64,000 nt of DNA from a bacterium (GTDB lineage: Bacteria > Zhuqueibacterota > Zhuqueibacteria > Residuimicrobiales > Krinioviventaceae): positions 3,136,001 through 3,200,000 of the forward strand of contig OY843751.1 of the NCBI GenBank assembly GCA_963693055.1. Direction: 5' to 3'. This document shows, in pieces, positions 38,048-48,114 of the stretch. The notes under the pieces were generated by a model. It was given only the letters and a program-made list of their open reading frames with translations. It was not told the origin of the DNA and did no database searches. Positions within the stretch are counted from its first letter, which is position 1. Each line of letters starts with the position of its first letter. The position numbers and the translations under genes were made by a program.

Positions 38048-40888
38048 TTAAGAAATTCGAATATTATTTTTTATTACTGCGTCTAAAATCTGCACCAAAC
38101 CGTTTAACAATGAAGCTTGATACCTGATAAATGATGGAAAGGTATTAATAGAGATGGTATTATCATTAAAATCAAGTTCTGAAATAAAACTTCCGGATTC
38201 ATTGGTAAACAAATCAAACACAACAGGTAAGGTTTTATAAACTATGGGTATTACATCTGTTCCATTACTTGCCATTTTGCCAAGTAATTTCAAAAAAAGG
38301 CCCATACTAAAAGTATCTATCATAGGCTTTTCTGTACTATTTTCAAAAGGGAATTCAAATTGATTAAAGTATTTGTTGATAAATGCATTAAAATAATGTT
38401 GATACTCGTAGCTAATATCAACATCATTTAAAAAAGTTGAACAATTTAAAAGTGCATTCAGATGATATAAATGGTCAGTCAAGGTTGCAACTTGACTTTT
38501 CTCTTTATCTTCATAGCCGTATACATATTTTTCAAGCAAACCATTTGTTGTAATATCATTGCTGCTTGCATATAGGGCTTTTTTACCCAAGGAAATCCAA
38601 TTCTCATTTTTATTTATTTGTCCCAATTGGATGAGCAAGTCCGCACAAAAGAGGTTACTGCTGTGGAGCTTGGCATCATCAAATTGAGTTAAACCAAAAC
38701 AAACTTTATTATCCCCCAGATCAGTCTTTGATAATGTTTTTTCAATAAAAACAGCAACGTCATTACATATTTGAAGATATTGTTCATCATTAAAAAAATG
38801 ATATAAATCTAAAAATCCTTTTGTAACCCAATATGTAGTATGAATATCAGGCACTGCTGTATGTATATCTTGATGTAAAAATCTATCATAGGGATATGCC
38901 CATCCAATACCTGCCTGGGTCTTGATCGATTGTTTCGCAAGTATTTCAGAGAGATACTCCAGACGGCTGTTTATATTTATATTTTCAATATCCCTGGGAA
39001 GCTTGCAGAATGATGTAAGAAACATTCCAAATGAATCAGGAAATACAACTTTGGTAATTCCAAGTTCATTACGAGAGGTTAAGGGATTTATATTCTTATT
39101 ATCGGCATGATACTTCTGTTCTTTGGAGAGTATTTGACCATTACGTACCATTTCATTAACAATTGAATCTACATCTGCAATATCATAACCGGCAAATCCA
39201 TTAAGTTTAATCCATTTGAAATGATTAATAATAATTTTTGATAAATTGATAACCAGATTTGACTGAACCAGCGTTCTTGACGTCAAAACATCAATAGGAA
39301 TTTCAATTTTATAATTGCCTTCAGAAATTATAGTTGCCTGCTCTTCACTTTTATTCAAAACAACTTGTAGTTTCTCAGCAACATTTTTTTGATCAGCAGT
39401 ATGACTTTGCCGGACTTTGGCAGAATAGAATTCTGTCATGACTTTATCATATAATGATTCTAACCTGTAAATTTGATCTTCATAAGTAAATATATACTCC
39501 TGAGGATCAAATTTATATTCCTCAACAAATCTATTGTTTATAATTTCAAGTACATCATGAACTGAATTAAATGTTCTGCCAACTCTATTTGTTGAAAAAA
39601 AATCTTGATAGGATTTTAAATTTGAAGTTAAAACAGGCAAGCCAGCAGCTAGATATTCAAAAAGCTTGTTAGCAATTGTTGTCTCTAAAAATGCCTTATT
39701 GCCCTGCTCAAGATTGAATGGTATAATTCCAATATCATATTGAGACATTTCTTTAATAATCTCTTTAGGGCAAACCGGGTCATAAATATGAATATTGGTA
39801 TAATTGGCAAAAAGTTTATCGACAGCCTCATTTTTATATGATGGATAAATATGAATATGTAAATTATTATTTATTGCCAATTGTGAAAACAGATCAAAAA
39901 AATTACGATGAGGATTACTACCTATACCTCCCTCATACACAAGATGTATGTGGCCATCCTTTTCTGATAATTTGGGTAAAAAACGGGTGGGCAGATCTGG
40001 TTGAGATGAATAATTGAATAAAACAATTGAATGATCTTTAATTCCATATTGTTTACTGGCAGTTTGTAATTGAAATGGAGTAGTATAAACTCTTCCATGA
40101 GCACCGTAATTTGCAATACTTTCAAAATATTTTAACGTTTCATTTTCCGGATCTCTTAACGAGATCAAGTCATGTGTATCATGAATTACAGGGCGTTTAC
40201 CTGCCAATGCGGTTACTGTCAGTATATCGGGTTCATTATGACAATGTACCAGATCGAAATTTCCCATTAATTCCCAGAGTTCTTTGTTTGATTTTATATG
40301 AAAATTCTGTGTATATACAGAATCAGACAGATCTTTATACATTTGGCTCAATTTTGCTTTAGAATAAGCAAGAGAAACCTTGTGACCTCGCTGGACAAGA
40401 GCGGTTGCGATTTTATAATTTCGTATACAGGGAGACTCTTGAACAAAAAGGATATTAAATTGTTTAGCGGGTGCTCTATAGTGATCTAACATAGAGTCTA
40501 GATTATTCTCTGCAACCAGCCCCCTGAGAAAATCCAGAGATCGTTTTTTATCAGGATTCAGATTAATACTTTTTTCAGCATACTCCCTAGCAGCTTCAGT
40601 ATTACCAAGAATTGCTAATACACGGGCATAGTTATAATTTGCATCAAAATGAAATGGTTCAAGATTCAAAACGAGTTGAAAATACTTTTTTGCCTGTTGA
40701 TATTCTTTAATTTTAAAATTAATAATACCGAGTTTGTTAAGTACATCCGTATTATTATTGTTAATACCCAGAGCCTGTAAAAGATATTTTTCAGCATCTT
40801 GCAGATTACCATTACGCAATGCAATATTTGCAGACTTTATAATATCCGCAAAATAAAGTTGAGAGTTTTTTGGTAAAGCTGAAGCCAT
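38048..40888 (-). CDS. TPR + GT4-like glycosyltransferase + C-terminal alpha/alpha-toroid-like domain
   Basis: N-terminal TPRs; 'HCHNEPD', 'HDTHD', 'NKLFEYLAAGLPV'; C-terminal 'GYD', 'GWAYPY', 'HSSNL'. Confidence 0.75.
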   Translation of the reverse strand: MASALPKNSQLYFADIIKSANIALRNGNLQDAEKYLLQALGINNNNTDVLNKLGIINFKIKEYQQAKKYFQLVLNLEPFHFDANYNYARVLAILGNTEAAREYAEKSINLNPDKKRSLDFLRGLVAENNLDSMLDHYRAPAKQFNILFVQESPCIRNYKIATALVQRGHKVSLAYSKAKLSQMYKDLSDSVYTQNFHIKSNKELWELMGNFDLVHCHNEPDILTVTALAGKRPVIHDTHDLISLRDPENETLKYFESIANYGAHGRVYTTPFQLQTASKQYGIKDHSIVLFNYSSQPDLPTRFLPKLSEKDGHIHLVYEGGIGSNPHRNFFDLFSQLAINNNLHIHIYPSYKNEAVDKLFANYTNIHIYDPVCPKEIIKEMSQYDIGIIPFNLEQGNKAFLETTIANKLFEYLAAGLPVLTSNLKSYQDFFSTNRVGRTFNSVHDVLEIINNRFVEEYKFDPQEYIFTYEDQIYRLESLYDKVMTEFYSAKVRQSHTADQKNVAEKLQVVLNKSEEQATIISEGNYKIEIPIDVLTSRTLVQSNLVINLSKIIINHFKWIKLNGFAGYDIADVDSIVNEMVRNGQILSKEQKYHADNKNINPLTSRNELGITKVVFPDSFGMFLTSFCKLPRDIENININSRLEYLSEILAKQSIKTQAGIGWAYPYDRFLHQDIHTAVPDIHTTYWVTKGFLDLYHFFNDEQYLQICNDVAVFIEKTLSKTDLGDNKVCFGLTQFDDAKLHSSNLFCADLLIQLGQINKNENWISLGKKALYASSNDITTNGLLEKYVYGYEDKEKSQVATLTDHLYHLNALLNCSTFLNDVDISYEYQHYFNAFINKYFNQFEFPFENSTEKPMIDTFSMGLFLKLLGKMASNGTDVIPIVYKTLPVVFDLFTNESGSFISELDFNDNTISINTFPSFIRYQASLLNGLVQILDAVIKNNIRIS

Positions 40889-40909
40889 GTATTCATCCTG
40901 AAAATAAAA

Positions 40910-41962
40910 TTAATCATCATTTGAAATTACAAAATCATCCAAAGAATCCAAATCAGTTGATGTTAATAATAAATTCTTGTAATGGTTTACTTTATTATCA
41001 TTTTTTAAACGATTGAAATAATCAACAAGATATTGACATACAGTATTGAATTGTTCCTGAAACGTTTTAGATTTAATTTCTATATTTTCGGCTTCCATTG
41101 TTACCCATTGTTCATAGGCAGAGACAGCTGAATCTATATTCTTCTTTTTCTCATAAGCTTTACCCAAATAGTATAAAGGATCTGAAAAATGTTGATCAAG
41201 TTTAAATGCATTTGCAAGCAGGGGTATGGATTGATTATTTAAACCCAATTCAAAACAGCAATAACCTAACTCATAATAAGCTCTGGAATTATTTTCATCC
41301 AGCATAATAACCTTGCGGAAATGGCCAATTGCGTGTTCATATTCTTTTGTGGTTTTATAAATATCTCCTAGTGCAAAGTGTAATTCTTTTTGGTCGGAAT
41401 GTGTAACCAATGCAATTTTCAAAACCTCAATAGCATCAGTGAAATTATTATAATAAAGATACAATTGTGCAAGATTAACTGCACTATTTAAAGATTTAGG
41501 ATCAATACGTAAAGCAGTATCATAAAATACAATAGCGTCTTGAGCATTGTCCAAAGCCTGGCAACACTCTCCCAGCAATTCATAGACCTGACTATCTTGA
41601 GTATTTAACAATACTACTTTTTTATAAAAAGTGGTGGCTTTTTCAAATTCATTTTCATTTTGATACAATAGGCCCAAGTTGTAATAAGCCTCAGCAAGGG
41701 TTTCATCAATTTGAACAGACTGCATTAGCACTTTTTCAGCCTCTGCATAATTACCCTGCAATATATTTATTACACCCAACTGACAATATAAAACAGCGGG
41801 TGAAGCAAAATTATCTTCCAAGGCATCAATTATTACTTTTGTTGCCTGATCAAATGCATCATTTTGAATGTGAGCTTTGATTATTTCTAATATCTGCTTA
41901 TCTGATTCTGATTCAACATTTAATTCTCTGATTTTTTCAGATAGTTTATTTGCAGCATCCAT
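40910..41962 (-). CDS. TPR-repeat protein
   Basis: Multiple 'AYYNLG', 'HFALG', 'YYELG', 'YYLG' TPR units. Confidence 0.85.
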   Translation of the reverse strand: MDAANKLSEKIRELNVESESDKQILEIIKAHIQNDAFDQATKVIIDALEDNFASPAVLYCQLGVINILQGNYAEAEKVLMQSVQIDETLAEAYYNLGLLYQNENEFEKATTFYKKVVLLNTQDSQVYELLGECCQALDNAQDAIVFYDTALRIDPKSLNSAVNLAQLYLYYNNFTDAIEVLKIALVTHSDQKELHFALGDIYKTTKEYEHAIGHFRKVIMLDENNSRAYYELGYCCFELGLNNQSIPLLANAFKLDQHFSDPLYYLGKAYEKKKNIDSAVSAYEQWVTMEAENIEIKSKTFQEQFNTVCQYLVDYFNRLKNDNKVNHYKNLLLTSTDLDSLDDFVISNDD

Positions 41963-41980
41963 ATTACTACCCTCATTACC

Positions 41981-42220
41981 TCATTTTTTAGATTGCTGCA
42001 AAGACATAATTAAAGATGAATAATCAGCGGTTAGACTTTCATTTGCAGCAATTCGATTTTGTTCTTGTACTTTGAGATATATTTCTTCACGATGAACGGG
42101 AATATGTTTAGGAGCATGTATGCCAATACGTATACTCTTCCCATGGATTTCGAGGATGGAAATGCGTATATCATTTCCAATAGCGATCCCCTCCCCTCGC
42201 TTTCTCGTCAAAATCAACAT
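41981..42220 (-). CDS. csrA: Carbon storage regulator CsrA
   Basis: '[13 protein letters not shown]', '[15 protein letters not shown]', long C-terminal 'QEQNR.A' extension. Confidence 0.96.
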   Translation of the reverse strand: MLILTRKRGEGIAIGNDIRISILEIHGKSIRIGIHAPKHIPVHREEIYLKVQEQNRIAANESLTADYSSLIMSLQQSKK

Positions 42221-42244
42221 ATGTTTGCCTTCCTTAGCTTTTGT

Positions 42245-42706
42245 TTAGTTTTGGCTTCCTGCCAGTATCGGTTGTTTTAACGAATAATTACTCTCCGATA
42301 ATATAATCTGTTTACCCAATTTCCTTGACGGATTGATAACTATAGGACCTCTTAAATTTGCACTTACATTATGTATGCTTTTACCAACAGTTACAATAAC
42401 AAACAGTTGCCCGCCATTAATATCTTCCAAACCAATACTCTGCAGTTCACGCAATCCCGACTGAGCAATATAATCTTCTTTTACCATCAATGGATCAATA
42501 ATTGGTAATTGCAATGCAGGATCATCAACACAGATTAACCATTGAAATGGTTCAAATCCCTGTTTGTTAAATATAATAAATTTAGATTTATCTTCAAAAC
42601 CTATAATGCCTTCAGGAAATAAAACAATATCAGATTCTGTATATGTCACATCTCCCAGTGTTGTTTTTACATAATACTTTTCCATCACTTGCGATGCCTC
42701 AACCAT
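42245..42706 (-). CDS. fliW: Flagellar assembly factor FliW
   Basis: 'FPEGIIGFE', 'FQWL', 'ANLRGPIVIN...GKQIIL'. Confidence 0.93.
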   Translation of the reverse strand: MVEASQVMEKYYVKTTLGDVTYTESDIVLFPEGIIGFEDKSKFIIFNKQGFEPFQWLICVDDPALQLPIIDPLMVKEDYIAQSGLRELQSIGLEDINGGQLFVIVTVGKSIHNVSANLRGPIVINPSRKLGKQIILSESNYSLKQPILAGSQN

Positions 42707-42737
42707 AGAATTTCAATCTCCATAAATTTCTCGACTA

Positions 42738-43634
42738 TTAGGCCAGATAATCCATAAGACTCATTTGCAGGATACTGGAACTGAATTTCAAGTTTGCCTG
42801 ATAAATCGTGTTCATTTCTTCATAATTTATTAATGCTTCTGCAACATCCGCATCTTCAATTGAAGATTTTAGGCTTATCATTTGCAAATCAAAACCACTC
42901 AATGTTTCTTCTATATTGTTAATATGTTCATATCTTAATCCGGCAACACTTGAAAAACGGGTAATGTCAATTGTAGAATCTTTAACTTTCATATAAGCAT
43001 CTTGAATAGCATCACCATCATTTGCTTCTAATGCGTCTCTTAATTCAATCAAGCTGTCAAAAACACCGTCTTCCCCCATAAATACTTCCTCACCGGAAAA
43101 ATTGATCTGAACATCGTCTCCTTTTGATATCTCACGAAGGTGAACACCATTTATTGCAGTATCATTAGTCATAACAATAGTACCATCTTCTTGTTTTTCA
43201 AATGGAGGTTGATCTACAGCTGTACCACCATATAAATATTTTGAATCATATTCTCTGTTCGCTTCAGCCATTACCCGGTCAATGATATAATCAACCTGGT
43301 CTGCTAATATGCTTCGTGCATCTTCGCCTGTTGAATCTGACGCGCCTTTTAATGCTATTGTAACAGCTTCCTGAAGACTTTCATTAACAGCAGATAATGA
43401 AGCTTCTGTGGATGTTAGAAAACTTTTAGCGTCATCAATGTTTTGTTGATAAATCTCATTCTGTGCTAACAACTGGTTTAATTGAATAACTTTGGCTGTA
43501 CCCGCCGGATCATCTGATGGTTTTTCAATACGTTTCCCTGTAGAATATTGATTATAGTATTTTTGCCGCTGGGTATTGATTGTATTCAGATGCATCATTA
43601 CTGAATTATTTTTTACATTTTGTGTTATGCGCAT
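42738..43634 (-). CDS. flgL: Hook-associated protein 3 FlgL
   Basis: 'MRIT', 'STGKRIEKPSDDP', 'YLYGG', 'SLMDYL'. Confidence 0.93.
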   Translation of the reverse strand: MRITQNVKNNSVMMHLNTINTQRQKYYNQYSTGKRIEKPSDDPAGTAKVIQLNQLLAQNEIYQQNIDDAKSFLTSTEASLSAVNESLQEAVTIALKGASDSTGEDARSILADQVDYIIDRVMAEANREYDSKYLYGGTAVDQPPFEKQEDGTIVMTNDTAINGVHLREISKGDDVQINFSGEEVFMGEDGVFDSLIELRDALEANDGDAIQDAYMKVKDSTIDITRFSSVAGLRYEHINNIEETLSGFDLQMISLKSSIEDADVAEALINYEEMNTIYQANLKFSSSILQMSLMDYLA

Positions 43635-43646
43635 TTTAGCACCTCA

Positions 43647-45017
43647 TTAAACCATATTGATCAATGTTTCAGATATTTCATCTGCCAGAGTTATCAATTT
43701 TGACGCTGCCTGATAACTACGTTGATACTTTAACAGATCAGTCATTTCTTCATCTAACGAAACACCCGTAATCGATTGTTGATAGGAATATAAATTATCT
43801 GTAAAGATTTCCTGTCCCTCATACAACGTAATGGCTTCTTCTCGTCTATTACCTTCAGTTGCTACAATCTCGGAATAATAATCGGTAAATGTTGAAGTGT
43901 TATCAGCCAGAACTTTGGAATCCTGAAGTTGTGACATTAACAGAGCATTACCACCACTACCAGCCTCTCCATCTCCGGATGCTGCAAGTAATTGATTATT
44001 TGTATAAAGGGATGAATTTAATGCTATTGTATTTGCATCTACACTGTTAACATCAAAAAAGACAACACCTGTACTGCCATCATAACCATAGCCTGCTTTA
44101 TGTTGGGTATTAATAGTATCAACAATAGCTGTTGCCAGATTATCGAGTTTTTCAATATTTTCAGGGATGATGTTTTCACGCAGTTCAATCAAAGCGCCCA
44201 ATTTACCACCTTGAGCGGTTGCACTGGTAGTACCATCAGACCAGTTCATTTCAGCCATATCGCCATCAATTTTTGACGAATCAAGCTGAATGAAATGTGT
44301 TTTTTGCAAAAAGACCTTACCATTTAATGATAAATTTACCTGTCCATCATTATTTTCTTGAATTGAAATATCAGCTATTTCATTCATATTTTCTAAAAGA
44401 ACATCACGTTCATCCAGTAAACTGGAATAGGAACCACTGCGTTTATCGACATAGAGTAATTTCGAGTTAATTTCAGTTATTTGTCGAGCATAATCATTAA
44501 ATTTTTCAATTTCATCACTGATCTCACCAGTAAATTCATTTTCCAAATCAGTCAGGCGTTCATTCAAGCTGTTAAATTTCTTTACCAGTGCATCACTCTG
44601 GTAGATTACATTTTCGCGTAAACTTGAATTTTCGGGAGCATTTGCCAACTCACTCCAGGATTCAAAAAAAGAATTCATTATATTTGAAAGACCGGTTTCA
44701 CCAGGCTCTTCATATATTTGTTCTATTAAAAGATGTTTTGATTCCATGGTAGACCAATAATTGAGAGTCTGTCTTTGCAAAGAGAGCTGACTGTCAATAA
44801 AACGGTTTCTTACACGAGCCACTTCATTAATGGTAACACCAGAACCTATCTGCAGTCCATTTCCCATATAATTAACTGAAGCTTCAAAATTTGTAACCTT
44901 TCGGGAATAGCCTTCAGTATTAGCATTGGCAATATTCTGGCCTGTAGTATTTAAAGCCGATTGACTAGCAGCCAAAGCACTTTTGCCAATTTCAAATATA
45001 TTATTCAGACCTGCCAC
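43647..45017 (-). CDS. flgK: Hook-associated protein 1 FlgK
   Basis: 'TGQNIANANTEGYSR', 'LLDERD', 'GVSLDEEM...YQRSYQA'. Confidence 0.95.
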   Translation of the reverse strand: MAGLNNIFEIGKSALAASQSALNTTGQNIANANTEGYSRKVTNFEASVNYMGNGLQIGSGVTINEVARVRNRFIDSQLSLQRQTLNYWSTMESKHLLIEQIYEEPGETGLSNIMNSFFESWSELANAPENSSLRENVIYQSDALVKKFNSLNERLTDLENEFTGEISDEIEKFNDYARQITEINSKLLYVDKRSGSYSSLLDERDVLLENMNEIADISIQENNDGQVNLSLNGKVFLQKTHFIQLDSSKIDGDMAEMNWSDGTTSATAQGGKLGALIELRENIIPENIEKLDNLATAIVDTINTQHKAGYGYDGSTGVVFFDVNSVDANTIALNSSLYTNNQLLAASGDGEAGSGGNALLMSQLQDSKVLADNTSTFTDYYSEIVATEGNRREEAITLYEGQEIFTDNLYSYQQSITGVSLDEEMTDLLKYQRSYQAASKLITLADEISETLINMV

Positions 45018-45031
45018 TCATAAACCTCAAA

Positions 45032-45565
45032 TTAGATGGTTTTTGTCAAGGTTGGTAATTTCACCTGTTTACCAAACTTGTTACTGTTACCATGATAATC
45101 GTATTGACCAAATTCACTGTATATCAGTTCCAAATTTTTATTTACAAAATCTAACGATTTGTTCAATAGATAATGATTCAGTTGATTTGTACTTTTTATT
45201 TTTTGCAATGTATCAAGCAGACTTTGTCTCAATTCCTGCAAACGATTTACATACTGTCTCTTGCAGATTGGAATGACCTGTTCTATAGATTGCAATTCTT
45301 TACTTGGCCTAATATGTTTCGAAAGTTCTGTCAACTTTTCAATCCGTTTTAAAGATGCAGTTTGTGCTTCTGCCATATATTGTTCAGCATCATCAGTTAA
45401 TTCAGTCATTTGCAAAACATCTCTATCAATAATAGCAAACTTTTGAACTTCAAGTTTATTCAATAAACTTTTATATGCACGGACCTCAACTTGAATTAAG
45501 GCAATAAACTCCTCAACCCAGGAATCTTGCAAATCATTATAAATATTTTCTACGACTGTTCCCAT
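45032..45565 (-). CDS. flgN: Flagellar export chaperone FlgN
   Basis: Position before flgK; helical; 'NQLNHYLL..SL'. Confidence 0.75.
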   Translation of the reverse strand: MGTVVENIYNDLQDSWVEEFIALIQVEVRAYKSLLNKLEVQKFAIIDRDVLQMTELTDDAEQYMAEAQTASLKRIEKLTELSKHIRPSKELQSIEQVIPICKRQYVNRLQELRQSLLDTLQKIKSTNQLNHYLLNKSLDFVNKNLELIYSEFGQYDYHGNSNKFGKQVKLPTLTKTI

Positions 45566-45580
45566 TTTTTCTATTCCTGG

Positions 45581-46393
45581 TTAAACTTCACCAAGCCGCT
45601 TATTAAATGTATCGGCATAATTTTGTACTTTTTTAATATAATTTTGTGTTTCTTTGAACGGAGGTACACCACCGTAGCGTTTTACGTTACCTGGACCCGC
45701 GTTATAAGCGGCTAATGCCAGATCTACATCTCCGTCAAACCTGTCAAGTTGCTCTTTAAGATATTTAACTCCACCTTCAATATTCTGATGCGGATCAAAA
45801 GAATTTTTAACACCCATTTCATTGGCTGTACCATCCATTAACTGCATTAATCCTTTTGCTCCGACATGAGACTCGGCATTAGGATCTCCTGCAGATTCCT
45901 GAGCTATAACACCATAAATCAAATTTTCAGGAACATCATATTTTTGAGAAGCTTTTTCAATTGTAGATTTAAATTGCTCAATCTTTTCAAAAATAGGTAA
46001 ATTGGATAACTTTTTATATTCTGCATTAATAATATTTTTTAAAGAAACGGGTTGTTTCAAGGTTAATTCATTTGAATTTTCATTATGTCCCAAATCCCTT
46101 TGAGCAAGCTCCCGATATAAAATTTCACCAATCCCCATTCCTCCCGCACTTGCCATTTCCTTAGACATCTCGGTATCAAACAAATTCTGATACATATCAG
46201 CACCAAGTCCATCACCCATCAACGAAGAATCGTCAATGGTTTCGCGCATGGATGAAAGCATTTTCTGCAAAAAGATAGATTCAAAATCAGCACAAACTTT
46301 ACGAAGATGTTTTAATTTAGCATCTGTATCATTCGCATTATTGTTTGATTCTACCGGCGAAAACAAATTATTATTAACGGGTGTAAAACTCAT
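45581..46393 (-). CDS. flgJ: FlgJ-like rod-binding domain fused to SLT lytic transglycosylase
   Basis: 'CADFESIFLQKMLSSMR'; SLT motifs 'QES', 'GAKGLMQL', 'LAAYNAGPG', 'PPFKETQNY'. Confidence 0.85.
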   Translation of the reverse strand: MSFTPVNNNLFSPVESNNNANDTDAKLKHLRKVCADFESIFLQKMLSSMRETIDDSSLMGDGLGADMYQNLFDTEMSKEMASAGGMGIGEILYRELAQRDLGHNENSNELTLKQPVSLKNIINAEYKKLSNLPIFEKIEQFKSTIEKASQKYDVPENLIYGVIAQESAGDPNAESHVGAKGLMQLMDGTANEMGVKNSFDPHQNIEGGVKYLKEQLDRFDGDVDLALAAYNAGPGNVKRYGGVPPFKETQNYIKKVQNYADTFNKRLGEV

Positions 46394-46403
46394 ATCATTA
46401 TCT

Positions 46404-47519
46404 TTACATTATTACCAATTCTGCCTGCAATGCTCCGGCTCCTTTCAAAGCCTGAAAGATTGAAATAATATCTCTTGGTGTTACCTGTAAATTATTAAGC
46501 ATTGCTGCGAGATCATTTACATTTGCCATATTGTCTAAAACGGCTACGGTACCTGCACCGTCTTCTATCACTTGGGTTTGAGTTTGTGGAACAACTACTG
46601 TATTACCACCAGAAAACGGAGGTGGTTGAGAAACAATAGGATTCGATGCAATTCGTATCGTTAAATTTCCATGAGCAACAGCCACAGGTGATAATCTAAC
46701 ATTACTACCAACAACAACTGTACCAGTTCTTTCATTAATTACAACTTTGGCCATTTGATCGGCTTCAATATCCAATCCTTCTATTCTTGCGATTGTCGCA
46801 ACAGTCTGTGCAGGATCTTGCATACGTAATTCAACCCGACCAGGATCTTTAGCAGCTGCTTGTTGAGAACCCAATTCACTATTAATTGCTTCTGCAATTC
46901 GTGTAGCCGATGTAAAATCCGGCTCGCGCAGCAAAAGTTCAAGTACAGGTACTTGAGAAAAATCAAAACTTACTTCACGGGCAATCATTGCTCCATTGGG
47001 TACACGACCAACCAATGCAAAATTCTTACGATACTTTTCTCCACTGGCTGTTTCGATATTAAAACCACCAATACTCAAAGGTCCTTGAGCATTTGCATAA
47101 ACCTGTTTATCTGGCCCCATTAGTGGGGTTGGTAACAAAGTACCCCCTTCAAGACTGGAAGCATCTCCAATAGAAGAAACCAAAACGTCGACTTTGCTTC
47201 CATGCTGTGCAAATGGAGAAACTTTGGCTGTTACCATAACAGAAGCAACATTGCGCAGATTCAAGTTTTTATCTGGCAGATTCATACCAAATTTATTCAT
47301 CATATTTTTGACTGCCTGAATTGTCATTTCAGAACGTCGGGAGTCACCACTTCCATCGAGGCCAACAACCAGACTATAGCCAATCAACTGCTGATCCTGT
47401 AAACCCTTAATATCTACCATATCTTTAATGCGTGCAGCCAGTAAAAATGAGGGTAATAAAAGCAGTATGGCAATATAAACAAAATATGATTCAATGCTAT
47501 TTTTCAAGATCATAATCAA
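46404..47519 (-). CDS. flgI: Flagellar P-ring protein
   Basis: 'ARIKD', 'GYSLVVGLDGSGD', 'GDASSLEGGTL', 'VINERTGTVV'. Confidence 0.96.
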   Translation of the reverse strand: MIMILKNSIESYFVYIAILLLLPSFLLAARIKDMVDIKGLQDQQLIGYSLVVGLDGSGDSRRSEMTIQAVKNMMNKFGMNLPDKNLNLRNVASVMVTAKVSPFAQHGSKVDVLVSSIGDASSLEGGTLLPTPLMGPDKQVYANAQGPLSIGGFNIETASGEKYRKNFALVGRVPNGAMIAREVSFDFSQVPVLELLLREPDFTSATRIAEAINSELGSQQAAAKDPGRVELRMQDPAQTVATIARIEGLDIEADQMAKVVINERTGTVVVGSNVRLSPVAVAHGNLTIRIASNPIVSQPPPFSGGNTVVVPQTQTQVIEDGAGTVAVLDNMANVNDLAAMLNNLQVTPRDIISIFQALKGAGALQAELVIM

Positions 47520-47526
47520 CTCCAGA

Positions 47527-48111
47527 TTAAAATAACCAACCTAAAAACCTACCAAAGAATCCTGGTTTTTGACCGCTATCAACCATTCCTTTTCCCTGAT
47601 ACGAAATTTTAGCATCACCAATATTTACAGATAAAATCGTATTATCACTGTTAATATCCTGGGGACGGATAATACCTGAAATGGTAATTCTTTCTTTCTC
47701 ACCATTTACAATAACTTCACGTTCACCCTTTATTATAAAATTACCATTACCGGTAACATCCGTAATGGATGCTGTAATATTACCGGTTAAACTTCCTTTA
47801 CGTGAAGTTTCAGCATCATTGTCATAATTATTTTTTGTTTGACCATTAAGGCCAAACAATGGCATATATGTCGAGGAACCGGTTCCACCGGTCATTGTCA
47901 TACCTTTGTTATTTGTTCTTTTATTAGAACTGTTGGCTTGACTTTTAGCACTTGATTGTTCAATGATCAAAACGGTTATTATGTCTCCAACTTTGTATGC
48001 CTTGTGATCAGTAAATAAGGATTGAGCCGAATAGCTATTTTGCGCCCAAACCATATTGCTAAACAGAATCAACACAGCAAATAAAACGGATATTACTTTT
48101 AAAGACTTCAT
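47527..48111 (-). CDS. flgH: Flagellar L-ring protein
   Basis: 'LFTDHKA..VGDIITV', 'GIIRPQDI..DNTI.S', 'PGFFGRF'. Confidence 0.92.
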   Translation of the reverse strand: MKSLKVISVLFAVLILFSNMVWAQNSYSAQSLFTDHKAYKVGDIITVLIIEQSSAKSQANSSNKRTNNKGMTMTGGTGSSTYMPLFGLNGQTKNNYDNDAETSRKGSLTGNITASITDVTGNGNFIIKGEREVIVNGEKERITISGIIRPQDINSDNTILSVNIGDAKISYQGKGMVDSGQKPGFFGRFLGWLF

Positions 48112-48114
48112 GGC

